Shown in pieces: positions 1-10,173 of a stretch of DNA of 64,000 bases. Both the position numbers and the translations under genes were made by a program. The stretch covers positions 6,175 to 70,174 of the forward strand of contig JAUWAU010000022.1 of assembly GCA_030601885.1 (NCBI GenBank). The letters are read 5' to 3'. The notes below the pieces were generated by a model, which worked only from the letters and a program-made list of their open reading frames with translations, was not told where the DNA came from and ran no database searches. The DNA is from Armatimonadota bacterium. GTDB lineage: Bacteria; Armatimonadota; Zipacnadia; JAUWAU01. How positions within the stretch are numbered: position 1 is the first letter of the stretch; each line of letters starts with the position of its first letter.

Positions 1-413
1 TAGTCGATGCAGCCGGCGAGGAACCCGAACCACTCGTCGAAGCCGTGGTGGTGCGGGCGGCACTCCTCCGCCACCCCAAGGTGCCATTTCCCGAACATCG
101 CCGTTCTGTAGCCCTCCTGCTTCAGAGCCTTCGCGATGGTGGGTGTCTCCTGCGGCAGTCCGCTGCTCTGGCGGTGGCCCGCCAGGATGGCGCGCACTCC
201 CGCGTGGCCCGGATAGCGGCCGGTAAGCAGCGACCCCCGCGAGGGGGAGCACACGGGGGAGTTGGAGTACCAACTCGTGAAGCGTGCTCCCGAGGCGGCG
301 ACGGCGTCCAGGTGCAGCGTCTCGAAGTCCGTCGCGCCCATGCACGAGAGATCGCCGTAGCCCTGGTCGTCGGTGAGGATCACGATGAAGTTCGGCCGGT
401 CGGATGTGCTCAT
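1..413 (-). CDS. Sulfatase (type I, formylglycine-dependent), N-terminal part; C-terminus lies beyond the window edge
   Basis: Reverse translation from the ATG at 411-413 gives MSTSDRPNFIVILTDDQGYGDLSCMG...SPVCSPSRGSLLTGRYPGH...FGKWHLG. This carries the C-x-P-S-R sulfatase signature. It is absent from the ORF track only because no stop lies within the window. Confidence 0.85.
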   Translation of the reverse strand, partial: MSTSDRPNFIVILTDDQGYGDLSCMGATDFETLHLDAVAASGARFTSWYSNSPVCSPSRGSLLTGRYPGHAGVRAILAGHRQSSGLPQETPTIAKALKQEGYRTAMFGKWHLGVAEECRPHHHGFDEWFGFLAGCID

Positions 414-567
414 GGCGTCAGTGCCCCTTTCAGCGGAGTCGCGGTGCTTGTTTCGCCGTTGGTATCCCGTATGTCCTTCCGAGGCTGCGGTGTGTGGTCC
501 GAGAAAGAGGGTGGGGGCTGTGTGGCGAATAGGACCTGTTGGGCAACGTCTGCCAGGGAGGAGCATC

Positions 568-3500
568 ATGACAGGTTGGTCCGTGTGGTCTGACTGCGGT
601 TGGCTGACGGGCATTGGCGTGGCCCTGCTGGTGGCGGGGTTTTCGGCTTCGGCCACGGCGGCGCCGATTAGTCTGTACGTGTCCACGAAGGGCAACGATG
701 GCTGGACGGGGCGGCGTCAGGAGGCGAAGGCGCCGGATGGGCCGTTTGCGACGCTGGAGCGCGCGCGAGAGGAGTTGCGCCAACTCAAGGCGGCAGGTGA
801 TCTCACTGAGGGAGCAACGGTGTACGTGCTGCCGGGGACCTACTATCTCAGTGAGACGCTGGCGTTGGGTGCTGATGACTCCGGCACCGAGGAGGCGCCG
901 ATCGTCTACCGCAGCCGGGAGCCGGGCAGAGCAGTCCTCTGCGGCGGTAAGGTCATCACCGGCTTCCGACCACACCGCGATGGGATACTCCAGTGCGACA
1001 TGAGGGCGAATGGGCTGGCCGGGCGCCGGTTCCGCCAGCTTTTCTTCCGCGGCGAGAGGCAGATTCTCGCCCGCTATCCCAACCTCAACCCGACGGACCC
1101 GCACGGGGGCGAGTGGGCACATGTGGCGGCCGTCGAGGGCAAGGAGAATCGCACGGAGTTCATGTACGGCTCGGACGAGGAGCACGAGTGGGCGCATCCG
1201 GAGGAGGGCGAAGTTCCCATATTCGGCGGACGCGACTGGGCCTTCCGGATCGTGCCCATCGCCCGCCACATCCCCGAGCAGCGGAAGATCGTTCTCGGCA
1301 GCCGGACGTGGGGCGCGCTGGCGATCGGCGATCGCTACATCATCTGGGGGCTCTTCGAGGAGCTCGATGCGCCCGGCGAGTGGTATCTCAACCCGCGCAC
1401 CGACACCTTGTATTTCTGGCCTCCCAGCGACATCAGTGAGGGCGAGGTAGTTGTGCCCGTCGTGGACACGATCGTGTCGATGGAGAATGCGGAGGGGATC
1501 ACGCTTCGGGGCTTCGTCATCGAGGCCTGCGAGGGCGACGCTGTGCGGGTGATTGACTCGCGGCACTGTATCGTGGCCGGCAACATAGTGCGCAATTGCG
1601 GGGGGACGGGCATCGTCATCTCCGGCGGACAGCACAGCGGCGCCCGCGGGAACGACGTGTACTGGTGCGGGCATCGGGGCATCAGCGTCTCCGGCGGCGA
1701 CCGCAAGACGCTGACGGCGGGGCATAACTTCGCCGACAACAACTACATCCACCACTGCGCGAACATCTGGCTGACCTACCGGCCCGCCGCGAGCGTCACG
1801 GGCGTGGGGAATACGGTCAGCCACAACCTCATCCACGACATGCCGCACGCCGGGATGCTGCTGAGCGGGAACGAGAACGTGGTCGAGTACAACATCGTGC
1901 ACCACGTGAATCTGCAGTCGGCCGACACGGGCGGCATCTACTTCTGCTCTCGCGACTGGACGCAGCGGGGGAACATCATCCGCCACAACATCTTCCACCA
2001 CTGCGGGGGCTTTGGGAAGACCAACTCGTGGGTGCCGGTGAGCAAGGGGAAGGTGGAGTTCGGATACCCGCACTTCACCTGGGGCATCTACCTCGACGAC
2101 CCGACAACTGGCACGCTCGTGTACGGCAACATCGTCTACGGGGCGCCCATCTGCGCGACGCACAACCACGGCGGGCGGGACAATACGTGGGAGAACAACA
2201 TCCTGGTGGACTCGCCCGCTTTCCGGGCCGGGATGCTCGCGCCCAATTGGTCCGAATGGCCGAGCATATACCAGAAGCTCAAGGCGGCTCGCTACCCCGG
2301 ATCGCCGTATCTGGAGCGCTACCCGGAGATCGCCGACATTGCCGACACGCGACCCGAGGAGATGTCGGGCCTGCGCTTCGTGCGTAACATCGTCTACTAC
2401 ACGAAGGAGGGCTCCGAGTGGCTGCGGCGCGCGCGGGGCGGCTCGGCGGGAGACACCCGGCAGCAGCTCTACTCGATGCGCATGACCCGCGAGGACTTCG
2501 AGCGTAACGAGTGGGACGGGAACTGCATCTACGCCGAGCCCGGCATCGAGCTGCGCATAGACCTGAGCATGTCCCCCGAGCCGCGGAAGCAGCTCACGTG
2601 GGACGAGTGGCGCGAGCTGGGCGCGGATGCGCACTCGATCACCGAGGATCCGCTCTTCGTTGATCCGAAGAACCACGACTATCGCCTGAAGCCGGATTCG
2701 CCCGCGCTGCGGCTGGGCTTCAAGCCAATACCGGTGGATAAGATCGGCCCATATCAGGACGAGTTGCGGGCCTCCTGGCCCATCAAGGAGGCGCCCGGGG
2801 CAGCGGCCCTCGGCGACTTCGTCACCGTTCGGCACTACGAGCCGCCGCAGTACAGGCGCCTCGAGGCGCGGGAGTTCACGGCCCGTGACGGGGCGCCGAA
2901 CTTCTTTGGCAAGGCCGCCGCGGGGAAGCCACTGAAGGTGGCCTACTTCGGCGGCGGGATTCATCCAGGCAGTGGTTGGCGCAAGGCCGTCATTGAGTGG
3001 CTAAAGGAGCGCTACGGAGATGTTACCGAGATCAATGCGAGCATCACGGACGCGGTGCGCGGCTCGGGCTTCAGTGTCTATCGCTTCGCCCACGATGTCC
3101 TGGCGCACGAGCCGGACCTGGTGCTCATTGACTTCGCCTCCGACGACCACGCCACCGACCCGGCCGCGATACAGCGCCACATCGAGGGAGTCGTGCGCCA
3201 GGCGCGGCATGCGGACCCAGAGCTGGACCTGATTGTTCTGCTCGCCTTCCGCCAGGGCTTTGAGAAAGACTATGCCGAAGGGCTGGCGCCGTACGCGGTC
3301 TCGGCGTACGAGCGGGTGGCGGAGCACTACGGCATACCCACGGTGAACATGGGTCATCGCGTCGCGCAGCTCTATCAGCAGGAGAAGCTGGTTATCAGAG
3401 GCTCGCCGGAGGCGACAGAGCCTCCGGAGAAGCTCGTCTTTTCGTCGGATGGCGTGCGTCCGGCACCGGATGGGAACGAGGTGTACGCCGACGTCATCAC

Positions 3501-4053
3501 GGCGGCGCTCGAGAAGCTATCGGCTCAGGTGCGTCCGACGCCGCACAAGCTCCCGGCTCCATACACGCCGGACAACTACGAGCGGGCGCAGCTGGTGCCA
3601 ATCACGCGGGAGATGCTCAGTGGCGAGTGGCGGGAGCTGCCGGCGGACGATCCGCTGCGGCGGAGCTTGTCCCGCCACATGGACACCATCTGGTTCACCA
3701 ACACGCCCGGGGCAAAGCTCACCTTGAAGTTCAAGGGGACGGCGGCGAGCGTCTTCGACCTCATGGGCCCGGACACGGGCCGGGCGCGGATCACGGTGGA
3801 CGGCAATGAGATCGCCATCCGTGAGCAGGTGGATCGGTGGGCCTACTATCAGCGGCTGTCCGCTCTGCGCATCGCCGACGGCCTGTCAGACACCGTTCAC
3901 ACGGTCACCGTGGAGCTGCTGCCTGATCCGCCCGACCGCACGGTGGCCATCGAGGCTGCCAAAGTCGAGGGACGCTACGATCCGAAGCTGTTCGACGGCG
4001 TTGCGTTTCGGTTTGGGTGGATTCGGATGCGAGGTGATGTCGTGCCCGATTAG
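568..4053 (+). CDS. Secreted right-handed parallel beta-helix repeat protein with a C-terminal SGNH/GDSL-hydrolase-like region (about 1160 aa)
   Basis: ATG at 568 is preceded by GGGAGGAG. The N-terminus has a hydrophobic signal-like segment (GIGVALLVAGFSASATAAP). Repeated N-x-I/V-x-x-N/H beta-helix strands are present (IVAGNIVRNCGG, NNYIHHC, NLIHDM, YNIVHHV, HNIFHHCGG). The C-terminal stretch KVAYFGGGIHPGSG...LVLIDFASDDH resembles an SGNH fold. The track ORF begins at 373, but the upstream 65 codons look non-coding. Confidence 0.75.
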   Translation: MTGWSVWSDCGWLTGIGVALLVAGFSASATAAPISLYVSTKGNDGWTGRRQEAKAPDGPFATLERAREELRQLKAAGDLTEGATVYVLPGTYYLSETLALGADDSGTEEAPIVYRSREPGRAVLCGGKVITGFRPHRDGILQCDMRANGLAGRRFRQLFFRGERQILARYPNLNPTDPHGGEWAHVAAVEGKENRTEFMYGSDEEHEWAHPEEGEVPIFGGRDWAFRIVPIARHIPEQRKIVLGSRTWGALAIGDRYIIWGLFEELDAPGEWYLNPRTDTLYFWPPSDISEGEVVVPVVDTIVSMENAEGITLRGFVIEACEGDAVRVIDSRHCIVAGNIVRNCGGTGIVISGGQHSGARGNDVYWCGHRGISVSGGDRKTLTAGHNFADNNYIHHCANIWLTYRPAASVTGVGNTVSHNLIHDMPHAGMLLSGNENVVEYNIVHHVNLQSADTGGIYFCSRDWTQRGNIIRHNIFHHCGGFGKTNSWVPVSKGKVEFGYPHFTWGIYLDDPTTGTLVYGNIVYGAPICATHNHGGRDNTWENNILVDSPAFRAGMLAPNWSEWPSIYQKLKAARYPGSPYLERYPEIADIADTRPEEMSGLRFVRNIVYYTKEGSEWLRRARGGSAGDTRQQLYSMRMTREDFERNEWDGNCIYAEPGIELRIDLSMSPEPRKQLTWDEWRELGADAHSITEDPLFVDPKNHDYRLKPDSPALRLGFKPIPVDKIGPYQDELRASWPIKEAPGAAALGDFVTVRHYEPPQYRRLEAREFTARDGAPNFFGKAAAGKPLKVAYFGGGIHPGSGWRKAVIEWLKERYGDVTEINASITDAVRGSGFSVYRFAHDVLAHEPDLVLIDFASDDHATDPAAIQRHIEGVVRQARHADPELDLIVLLAFRQGFEKDYAEGLAPYAVSAYERVAEHYGIPTVNMGHRVAQLYQQEKLVIRGSPEATEPPEKLVFSSDGVRPAPDGNEVYADVITAALEKLSAQVRPTPHKLPAPYTPDNYERAQLVPITREMLSGEWRELPADDPLRRSLSRHMDTIWFTNTPGAKLTLKFKGTAASVFDLMGPDTGRARITVDGNEIAIREQVDRWAYYQRLSALRIADGLSDTVHTVTVELLPDPPDRTVAIEAAKVEGRYDPKLFDGVAFRFGWIRMRGDVVPD

Positions 4054-4159
4054 CAGCCGGGCGGCAGGCGCGGGCCCGCCGGCTGGCGAAACTCCGGCGG
4101 CGGAGCTTGGCTTCTCTCATCAACGCACGAGACTGCGAAATCCGAGGAGCGGCGTGGCG

Positions 4160-5590
4160 ATGTCAGGGATGGCAATAACGGACAGTTCAAGGCGCGAGGA
4201 ACCGGGGGTGGCTGCCCGAGTTGATCGCCGTCACTTCCTGGGCGCGGCCACTGGACTCGCCGCCGCCGCAGTGGCGGCGAGGCGGGTGCAGGCCGGGCCC
4301 GATTCGGGGCGCCCCAACGTCCTCTTCATCTTCACCGACGACCAGCGCTGGGATACGATGGGCTGTGCCGGCAATGCGATCCTCAAGACGCCCAATATGG
4401 ACCGCCTGGCGCGAGAGGGCTTCCGCTTCAGCAACGCCTTCGTCACCACCTCGATCTGCGCCCCGAGTCGCGCCAGCTTCCTGTGCGGGAAGTACGCCTA
4501 TCGCCACGGCGTGCGGGACCTGGGGATCAAGCTGCCGGAGGGCCAGAAGACCTTCCCCGAGATCCTGCGCGAAGCCGGCTATCGCACCGGATACGTGGGC
4601 AAGTACCACCTCGGCGGCGATGAGGACGGACAGAAGCGCTTCGACTACTGGGGCGGCTTCCGCGGGCAGGGGCGATACGAGCAGGGCGAGCAGCACCTCA
4701 CCGATGTGCTGACGGAGCGCGCTGTCAACTACCTGCGCGAGCAGGGGGACGCCCCTTTCTGCCTCGTGGTCGGCTACAAGGCCCCCCACTGTCAAGACGG
4801 CGCCAGGCCGGAATTCCGATACGCGCCGCGATTCACCAAGCTCTTTCAGGATGTCGCCATCCCGTATCCGCCCACGTACGAGGGCAGCTACGAGAAGAAG
4901 CCGGAATGCGTACGGACGTCGCTCGGGCGCACCCGTTGGGGCTGGCGCCATGCGACGCGGGAGATGTTCCAGGAGACGGCCAAGTCCTACTACCGCCTTA
5001 TCGCCGGCGTGGACGAGGGGCTCGGGCGGATTCTCGAGGCGCTCGATGACCTGGGCGTGGCGGATAACACGGTGGTCATCTACACGTCGGATAATGGCTT
5101 CTTCCTGGGGGAGCACGGCATGGCGGGGAAGTGGCTCATGTACGAGGAGTCGATTCGGGTGCCGTTGGTGATGCGGTATCCGCGATTGGAGCGCGCGGGC
5201 GTGACGGTGTCGGAAATGGCCGTGAGCATAGATATTGCGCCGACGATCTTGGATCTCGCGGGCGTGCCGATCCCAACGGACATGCAGGGCCGGAGCCTGC
5301 GGCCGCTGTGCGAGGGACGGACGGACGCCAATTGGCGGACGGCGTACCTGTACGAGTACTTCGGCGGCCACAACGTTCCGCCCATCGAGGGCGTGCGAAC
5401 GCCCGATTGGAAGTACATCAAGTACTTGCCGCACAAGGACTATGGCGTGGTCGAGGAGCTGTACCACATTGCCAGCGATCGGCACGAGATGACGGATCTG
5501 GCGAAGGACCCACAACATGCCGATGTGCTGGGAGTGATGAAGGAACTGCTCGAACAACTCAAGTTCGAGACGCGGGGGACGGGTCTTTAG
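4160..5590 (+). CDS. Sulfatase with twin-arginine signal
   Basis: MSGMAITDSSRREEPGVAARVDRRHFLGAATGLAAAAVA is a Tat-like motif (RRHFLG). It is followed by NVLFIFTDDQRWD and CAPSRASFLCGKY, the sulfatase C-x-P-S-R motif. The upstream part of the track ORF (3806-4159) overlaps the previous gene and was rejected. Confidence 0.85.
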   Translation: MSGMAITDSSRREEPGVAARVDRRHFLGAATGLAAAAVAARRVQAGPDSGRPNVLFIFTDDQRWDTMGCAGNAILKTPNMDRLAREGFRFSNAFVTTSICAPSRASFLCGKYAYRHGVRDLGIKLPEGQKTFPEILREAGYRTGYVGKYHLGGDEDGQKRFDYWGGFRGQGRYEQGEQHLTDVLTERAVNYLREQGDAPFCLVVGYKAPHCQDGARPEFRYAPRFTKLFQDVAIPYPPTYEGSYEKKPECVRTSLGRTRWGWRHATREMFQETAKSYYRLIAGVDEGLGRILEALDDLGVADNTVVIYTSDNGFFLGEHGMAGKWLMYEESIRVPLVMRYPRLERAGVTVSEMAVSIDIAPTILDLAGVPIPTDMQGRSLRPLCEGRTDANWRTAYLYEYFGGHNVPPIEGVRTPDWKYIKYLPHKDYGVVEELYHIASDRHEMTDLAKDPQHADVLGVMKELLEQLKFETRGTGL

Positions 5591-6633
5591 AAGAACCTCG
5601 GCACGGTGATGGGCTCGTCCGAGTCGGAGGCGTCTCGGCGGAGTCCTTCGAAGACGAAGGCGCGCATGGCCAGCAGCTCCTGCCGGCCGGCGTCGTCCTG
5701 GTACAGCGTGCTGTGGGGGAGAATGTCGTCCAGGAGCTGTGCGGCGGCGACCGGGGGAATCCGCAGCCGCCTGAGCACCCAGAGCGCCTCGCGGCCGTAC
5801 TCCTCCCGTCGGCGCGACTGATCGAATGTGCTGACAGGCTGCGTCTCGTAGGTGATGCGCAGCATCTCGCCGAAGATGCCGCCGGCCATGATGATCTCCA
5901 CCGCCGGCACTATCTCCACGCCCCAGCCGAGCATCTGCAACTCGGGGTAGTCGCGCTCCGCCCGCCAGAGCCCCTCGACAGCCATCGCGGCCGCCTCCCG
6001 TGAGTACACCTTGTAGCCGCTCTGGATGTCGGGAACGCGGCTGTAGGCGTTGAGGTACTGCGTATTCAGAGCGCGACCCTCGCCGGCGAGAGCGTACTTG
6101 AGCGCCTCCCAGATCAGCTCCGCAATGATGAGCTCGTACTCGCCCCGCCAGAAGCCGAGCGGCCGATGCAGGCCGAAACGCCGGCCGCACACGGCCACCA
6201 GGTCCGCCCCTTCGGCTGCCCGGATCTCCGTGGCGAGGCGGTATAGGTGCGGCAGATCGTAGATGGAATGATCGCCGTCGTCGTCGCGGATGCAGAGGTA
6301 CTGCAGGTCAGGCCGCTCGAGCAGCCGCTCGAAGCCGAGCGCCACGGCGCCGCCCTTGCCCAGGTTGTCCTCTTTCGCCGACACCTCGAACGTCTGCCCC
6401 AAGCGCTCCTCCGTCTCTCCCCGGAGCTCCTCGACAACGGGCGCGGCCGGCGGGCAGCCGTCCACCTGGAGCAGGACGTTCTCCATCCGCACGAAAAGCT
6501 CCACGTCGCTGAGCGCCAGCGCGAGCAACTCTTTCATGGTCGCAGGGGCTGTGGCCTGGGGGAACCACACCGGAATGAGCATCCCCAGCGATGCCTGGGT
6601 CTGTTCGCTCAGGGGTTGTGTCCTATCCGTCAT
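5587..6633 (-). CDS. Glycosyltransferase-fold protein (GT2/GT81-like), function uncertain
   Basis: 348-aa ORF with NLGKGGAV and an acidic RDDDGDH (DxD-like) motif, as seen in GT-A fold enzymes. Its stop overlaps the stop of the convergent sulfatase gene by 4 nt. Confidence 0.5.
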   Translation of the reverse strand: MTDRTQPLSEQTQASLGMLIPVWFPQATAPATMKELLALALSDVELFVRMENVLLQVDGCPPAAPVVEELRGETEERLGQTFEVSAKEDNLGKGGAVALGFERLLERPDLQYLCIRDDDGDHSIYDLPHLYRLATEIRAAEGADLVAVCGRRFGLHRPLGFWRGEYELIIAELIWEALKYALAGEGRALNTQYLNAYSRVPDIQSGYKVYSREAAAMAVEGLWRAERDYPELQMLGWGVEIVPAVEIIMAGGIFGEMLRITYETQPVSTFDQSRRREEYGREALWVLRRLRIPPVAAAQLLDDILPHSTLYQDDAGRQELLAMRAFVFEGLRRDASDSDEPITVPRFF

Positions 6634-6740
6634 TGCGTGCGCTCCGCACTGCAGGGGTCAGTGGCTGGTCTCCCGCACGTGCCGGCCGACGGCCTTCCTC
6701 TCTCCCCGCCCAAGGCGCGTGGCCCGTGAGCGGTCGCCTC

Positions 6741-7631
6741 TCAGCCATCATTCGGTTTGCGATCCGCCGGTGGATAGTTGAGATCTTCTCCGTCTACTTC
6801 GCTGATCCAGTAGAAGCCGTCTCTTGTGATCGCCATCGTGAGTTTGGCGGCGCGGGGATCGAAGTAGAAGCCCTCATGAATGCCGCCCTTGGGGTGCTTG
6901 AACAGAGTGCCTCGGTCGGCGCCTGCAGAATCGTACATGTGCACGCCGCGGCTCGTCTCAGCAATGTAGAAGTTGCCTTGAGCGTCCATATCGATCCCCT
7001 GCGGCCGGAGGTACCCTTGGCCAGAAAGGGGGATGAACCTGACGAACTCCGCCGACGGGAACTTGAACTCACCGACGTATTGGATCACCTTGCTCCTCTT
7101 CGCCTGCACGTCAGTGGAAGCCAATGCCAACGCACAGTAGAAGTGCTCTCCCACGATGTGGGGCCCGCCCGAAACGCAATACTCGCAGCCGTCTGGGCCA
7201 TCTGGAATCGCTATGTCGCGGTAACCCTTGTATGTCAGGTCATCGGCAGAATACCACACCAGTCGCATCGGCGGATTCGCGCCGACTTTGGCGAAGGTGT
7301 ACACGCTTCCCTGATAGTACTCGGGAGCGCCCAGGTGGTTGAAGTCCGTGCCCTCGAAGTCGGGATGATCGAAGGCTTTCTCGTTGCGGATTAGCCTGGC
7401 TTGAGGGGCGCTGAAGTCATCGGTCTCATACCGGAAGAGCTGCTCATTGTGAGTGACGTACCACACCGTCCCGGGCCCGCTCGTGACTCCTTGGTGCCCA
7501 AGGCCTTTTCGGGTTTCGTTGTAGACGAGTTTCGTGTCAACTATGCTCGCGTGAGTCGGCCGGCTGGCGGCGGCGATGCTCAAGGTGAAGGCAAGACAGA
7601 ATGCCAGGCTGGTGAGAAGTTGTCCCGACAT
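6741..7631 (-). CDS. Secreted hypothetical protein (beta-propeller-like)
   Basis: ATG start with an N-terminal signal peptide (LLTSLAFCLAFTLSIAAASRPTHA). GC3-rich codon usage is consistent with its neighbours. No diagnostic catalytic motif was recognised. Confidence 0.55.
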   Translation of the reverse strand: MSGQLLTSLAFCLAFTLSIAAASRPTHASIVDTKLVYNETRKGLGHQGVTSGPGTVWYVTHNEQLFRYETDDFSAPQARLIRNEKAFDHPDFEGTDFNHLGAPEYYQGSVYTFAKVGANPPMRLVWYSADDLTYKGYRDIAIPDGPDGCEYCVSGGPHIVGEHFYCALALASTDVQAKRSKVIQYVGEFKFPSAEFVRFIPLSGQGYLRPQGIDMDAQGNFYIAETSRGVHMYDSAGADRGTLFKHPKGGIHEGFYFDPRAAKLTMAITRDGFYWISEVDGEDLNYPPADRKPNDG

Positions 7632-7691
7632 GGCGCTATCCTTTCCCTCCGGATGGCTCGCCGTGGGCGAGGTGCTCGCCTCGGCTTGGCT

Positions 7692-8960
7692 CTATGGCCT
7701 CACCTGCACGATGGCCACTCGCGCTCGGAGCTCGTCCTGCTCGGTGCCGCGCAGGTAGAGGACGCCAAGCTTGCCGTCCTCAGTAACGTGCGCGGCGACG
7801 TTCGGATACCAGTTGTCATCGGTGGCCGGGTCGCTGATGGGGCCCCGCTCCTGCCATTGCTCACCGTCAAAGCTCATCAAGCGCACATCGCCGGTGCGCC
7901 GCCGTTTGTCGCGGCCCACACGCAGCTCTCGCACATAGATGACGTGCAGTGCTGCCGGATCGACATGGGGGTCAATGGCGATCACGGCGGCACAGACGGG
8001 AGCTTCGTGCAGCACAGTGCCAGCCCCTGCAGCCGCTGGATCCCATGTCGCGTAAGGTGGAGCGAGATGGCGGTGGCGCAGAACGCCCTGGCCGTCGATG
8101 TACACCAGATGGACGGTGCCCGTGGGCTCGTCGAGCACGGCGCACATGCGCCGGTCATCGCCTTGCACGGCGGTCATCTTCGCGAGCATGGTGGGCTGGC
8201 GCTGCCAGGCTATGCCGTCGAAGAAGCTGCCCAGGAGCCGGTTGGCCTTCGAGCCGACCTCGGCGTACGTGCGGGCAAAGGAGTACGCCTTGCCCTCTGG
8301 TAGTGGCACAATGACGGGGACGATACTCCCCTTGGCTCGGACAGGGATCGGGACCACCGGGACTGTCCACTTCTCCAAGCGCCCCGGCAACGTGGTTTGA
8401 GTCAGTCGCGTGTCCTGCGCCAGTTGCTCTTCAGGCACGGAGCGATCCACGTGGCGGGTCTGCACCCAGAAGGCGCCGTCTGGGCCAGCGGCGGCGCAGA
8501 TGTAGAAGTCCGTGCCCTGGGGGTCGATCATCACCGGGTGCACTTCGTCGCCAAGAGTGGCCCGGCCGTCCTGTATCAACACCTCTCGCACCACCAGGCC
8601 ATCGCTTCTCCACTGCCGCTCGGCGGAATCGGGCTTGAAGTCGGTGTAGAAGATGAACAGGCGACTGTGCCGCGTGATGAAGGTGAAGCTCGAGGAGGAT
8701 TCCATGGCGTTGAACCGCGTCGGCGCGGACCATTGGATGCCGTCCTCACTGGTGCGTATCTGGCTGCCGTCCTCGTTGGCAAAGCAGATCACCCATGTCC
8801 CATTGACGTAAGCCACCTTGCGCTGATGCCCGCGCGTGGTGCCGTGGTAGGTGCAGGGGCCGATGTCGGCGCACTGCACGGGAAGCCCTTGGCTTGAGGC
8901 GTGGCTGCAGGCGGCTACCGTGAGGCCGAGAAGAAACGCCGCCACGAGAAGTTGGCTCAT
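7692..8960 (-). CDS. Lipoprotein/secreted hypothetical protein, BNR/sialidase-like propeller suspected
   Basis: MSQLLVAAFLLGLTVAACSHASS is a lipobox-like LTVAAC. The rest is a long beta-rich sequence with repeated W/Y-containing strands. The family assignment is tentative. Confidence 0.5.
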   Translation of the reverse strand: MSQLLVAAFLLGLTVAACSHASSQGLPVQCADIGPCTYHGTTRGHQRKVAYVNGTWVICFANEDGSQIRTSEDGIQWSAPTRFNAMESSSSFTFITRHSRLFIFYTDFKPDSAERQWRSDGLVVREVLIQDGRATLGDEVHPVMIDPQGTDFYICAAAGPDGAFWVQTRHVDRSVPEEQLAQDTRLTQTTLPGRLEKWTVPVVPIPVRAKGSIVPVIVPLPEGKAYSFARTYAEVGSKANRLLGSFFDGIAWQRQPTMLAKMTAVQGDDRRMCAVLDEPTGTVHLVYIDGQGVLRHRHLAPPYATWDPAAAGAGTVLHEAPVCAAVIAIDPHVDPAALHVIYVRELRVGRDKRRRTGDVRLMSFDGEQWQERGPISDPATDDNWYPNVAAHVTEDGKLGVLYLRGTEQDELRARVAIVQVRP

Positions 8961-9153
8961 CGCGTCTGCCCTCCCATCAACGAAAAGACGTCGTCAGCGG
9001 AGGTTCCGTGTCCGACTACCCCCTAACTCAATAACGAGCGTTCGTCACTGATTCCTCATTCGCTTCCGACAACCTGCACAGCGGTAGGCATTCGCCGCGG
9101 CGGCGACGAACTGTCCGGCAACGCCAGTGGACTTGACCAAGGAGCGATCCGAC

Positions 9154-10131
9154 GTGCAAACGACCAATCTCGGTTTCATCGGCTGCGGAGGCAACGCCAG
9201 AGGCCACATGCAGCGGGCCGGCGCCGTAGAGGGCGTCAACATCGCGGGGGTTTGTGATGTGGTCGAGGACATTGCCAAGGAGCGTGCTGGGGAGTTCGGG
9301 GCCGAGGCGTACACCGACCACCGGGCGTTGCTGGAGCGCCGCGACTTGGACGCCGTCGTCATCAGCATTCCGGTGCACGCGCACGGCGCGCCTGAGATGG
9401 ATACCATCGAGCGCGGGCTGCCCTTCCTGGTCGAAAAGCCAGTTGCCCGGGACATGGACACAGCGAGCCAGATCCAGGCGGCAGTCGAGGAGGCGGGAAT
9501 CCTGACGGCGGTCGGCTACCAGCTTCGCTACTCGGGCGCCGCTGCACAGGCGCGGGAGTTCTTGGCCGACAAGACGCTCGGCCTGGTCGTGGGGCAGTAT
9601 TGGTGCGGCACGGGGATTGGCAGCGCAAAAGGCTGGCTCCGACAGTTCGACAAATCCGGCGGGCAAGTGCTGGAGCAGGCGACGCACACTATCGACATGA
9701 TGCGCTTCCTGGCCGGGGAAATCGAGGAAGTGTCGGCGTTCGCGGCCTCGCGGTTCCTGCACGAGATCGACTGCCCAGACGTGAACGTGCTTGCTCTGCG
9801 TTTCGCCAATGGCGCCCTTGGCGCGCTGACGACCATGTGGGCCTTCGACCCGAAAGATTGGTCGAACGCCAATCTGCTGTCCATCACCTACGACGGCGGC
9901 TGGATGCGCTGGAGCGCCGCGAAGGCCATCATCAAGCCGGCGGGGGAGGAGCAGGAGCAAGAGCTTGGCGGCGAAGGCCCCAACATCGATGAGGTGTTCG
10001 TCCGCGCCGTGCGGGCAAAGAACCAGTCCCTTATCCTGTCGCCTTACAGCGATGCGGTCAAGTCGATGGCGGTCTCCATCGCTGCTCTCGAATCGGCGGC
10101 GGAGAATGTGGCGAAGCGGGTGGGAGCCTGA
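9154..10131 (+). CDS. Gfo/Idh/MocA family NAD(P)-dependent oxidoreductase
   Basis: GTG at 9154 lies 9 nt after AAGGAG. The N-terminus VQTTNLGFIGCGGNARGH is the Rossmann GxGxxG of this family. EKP motif (FLVEKPVA). The track ORF starts at the GTG at 9127, which is an alternative start. Confidence 0.8.
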   Translation: MQTTNLGFIGCGGNARGHMQRAGAVEGVNIAGVCDVVEDIAKERAGEFGAEAYTDHRALLERRDLDAVVISIPVHAHGAPEMDTIERGLPFLVEKPVARDMDTASQIQAAVEEAGILTAVGYQLRYSGAAAQAREFLADKTLGLVVGQYWCGTGIGSAKGWLRQFDKSGGQVLEQATHTIDMMRFLAGEIEEVSAFAASRFLHEIDCPDVNVLALRFANGALGALTTMWAFDPKDWSNANLLSITYDGGWMRWSAAKAIIKPAGEEQEQELGGEGPNIDEVFVRAVRAKNQSLILSPYSDAVKSMAVSIAALESAAENVAKRVGA

Positions 10132-10173
10132 CGCACCAGAGCGAGCGTCGAGGAGCAGTTGATCGGCCTCAAC

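Noticed and set aside
45-593. 182-aa plus-strand ORF at the window start
   Set aside because: It is antisense to the clearly recognisable sulfatase N-terminus.
430-2964. 844-aa ORF on the minus strand
   Set aside because: It is antisense to the beta-helix gene. It is Arg/Pro/Gly-rich with no motifs, which makes it a typical high-GC shadow ORF.
4187-6190. 667-aa minus-strand ORF spanning the sulfatase gene
   Set aside because: It is antisense to a sulfatase with clear motifs. Its composition is dominated by R/A/G/P, and it crosses a convergent gene boundary.
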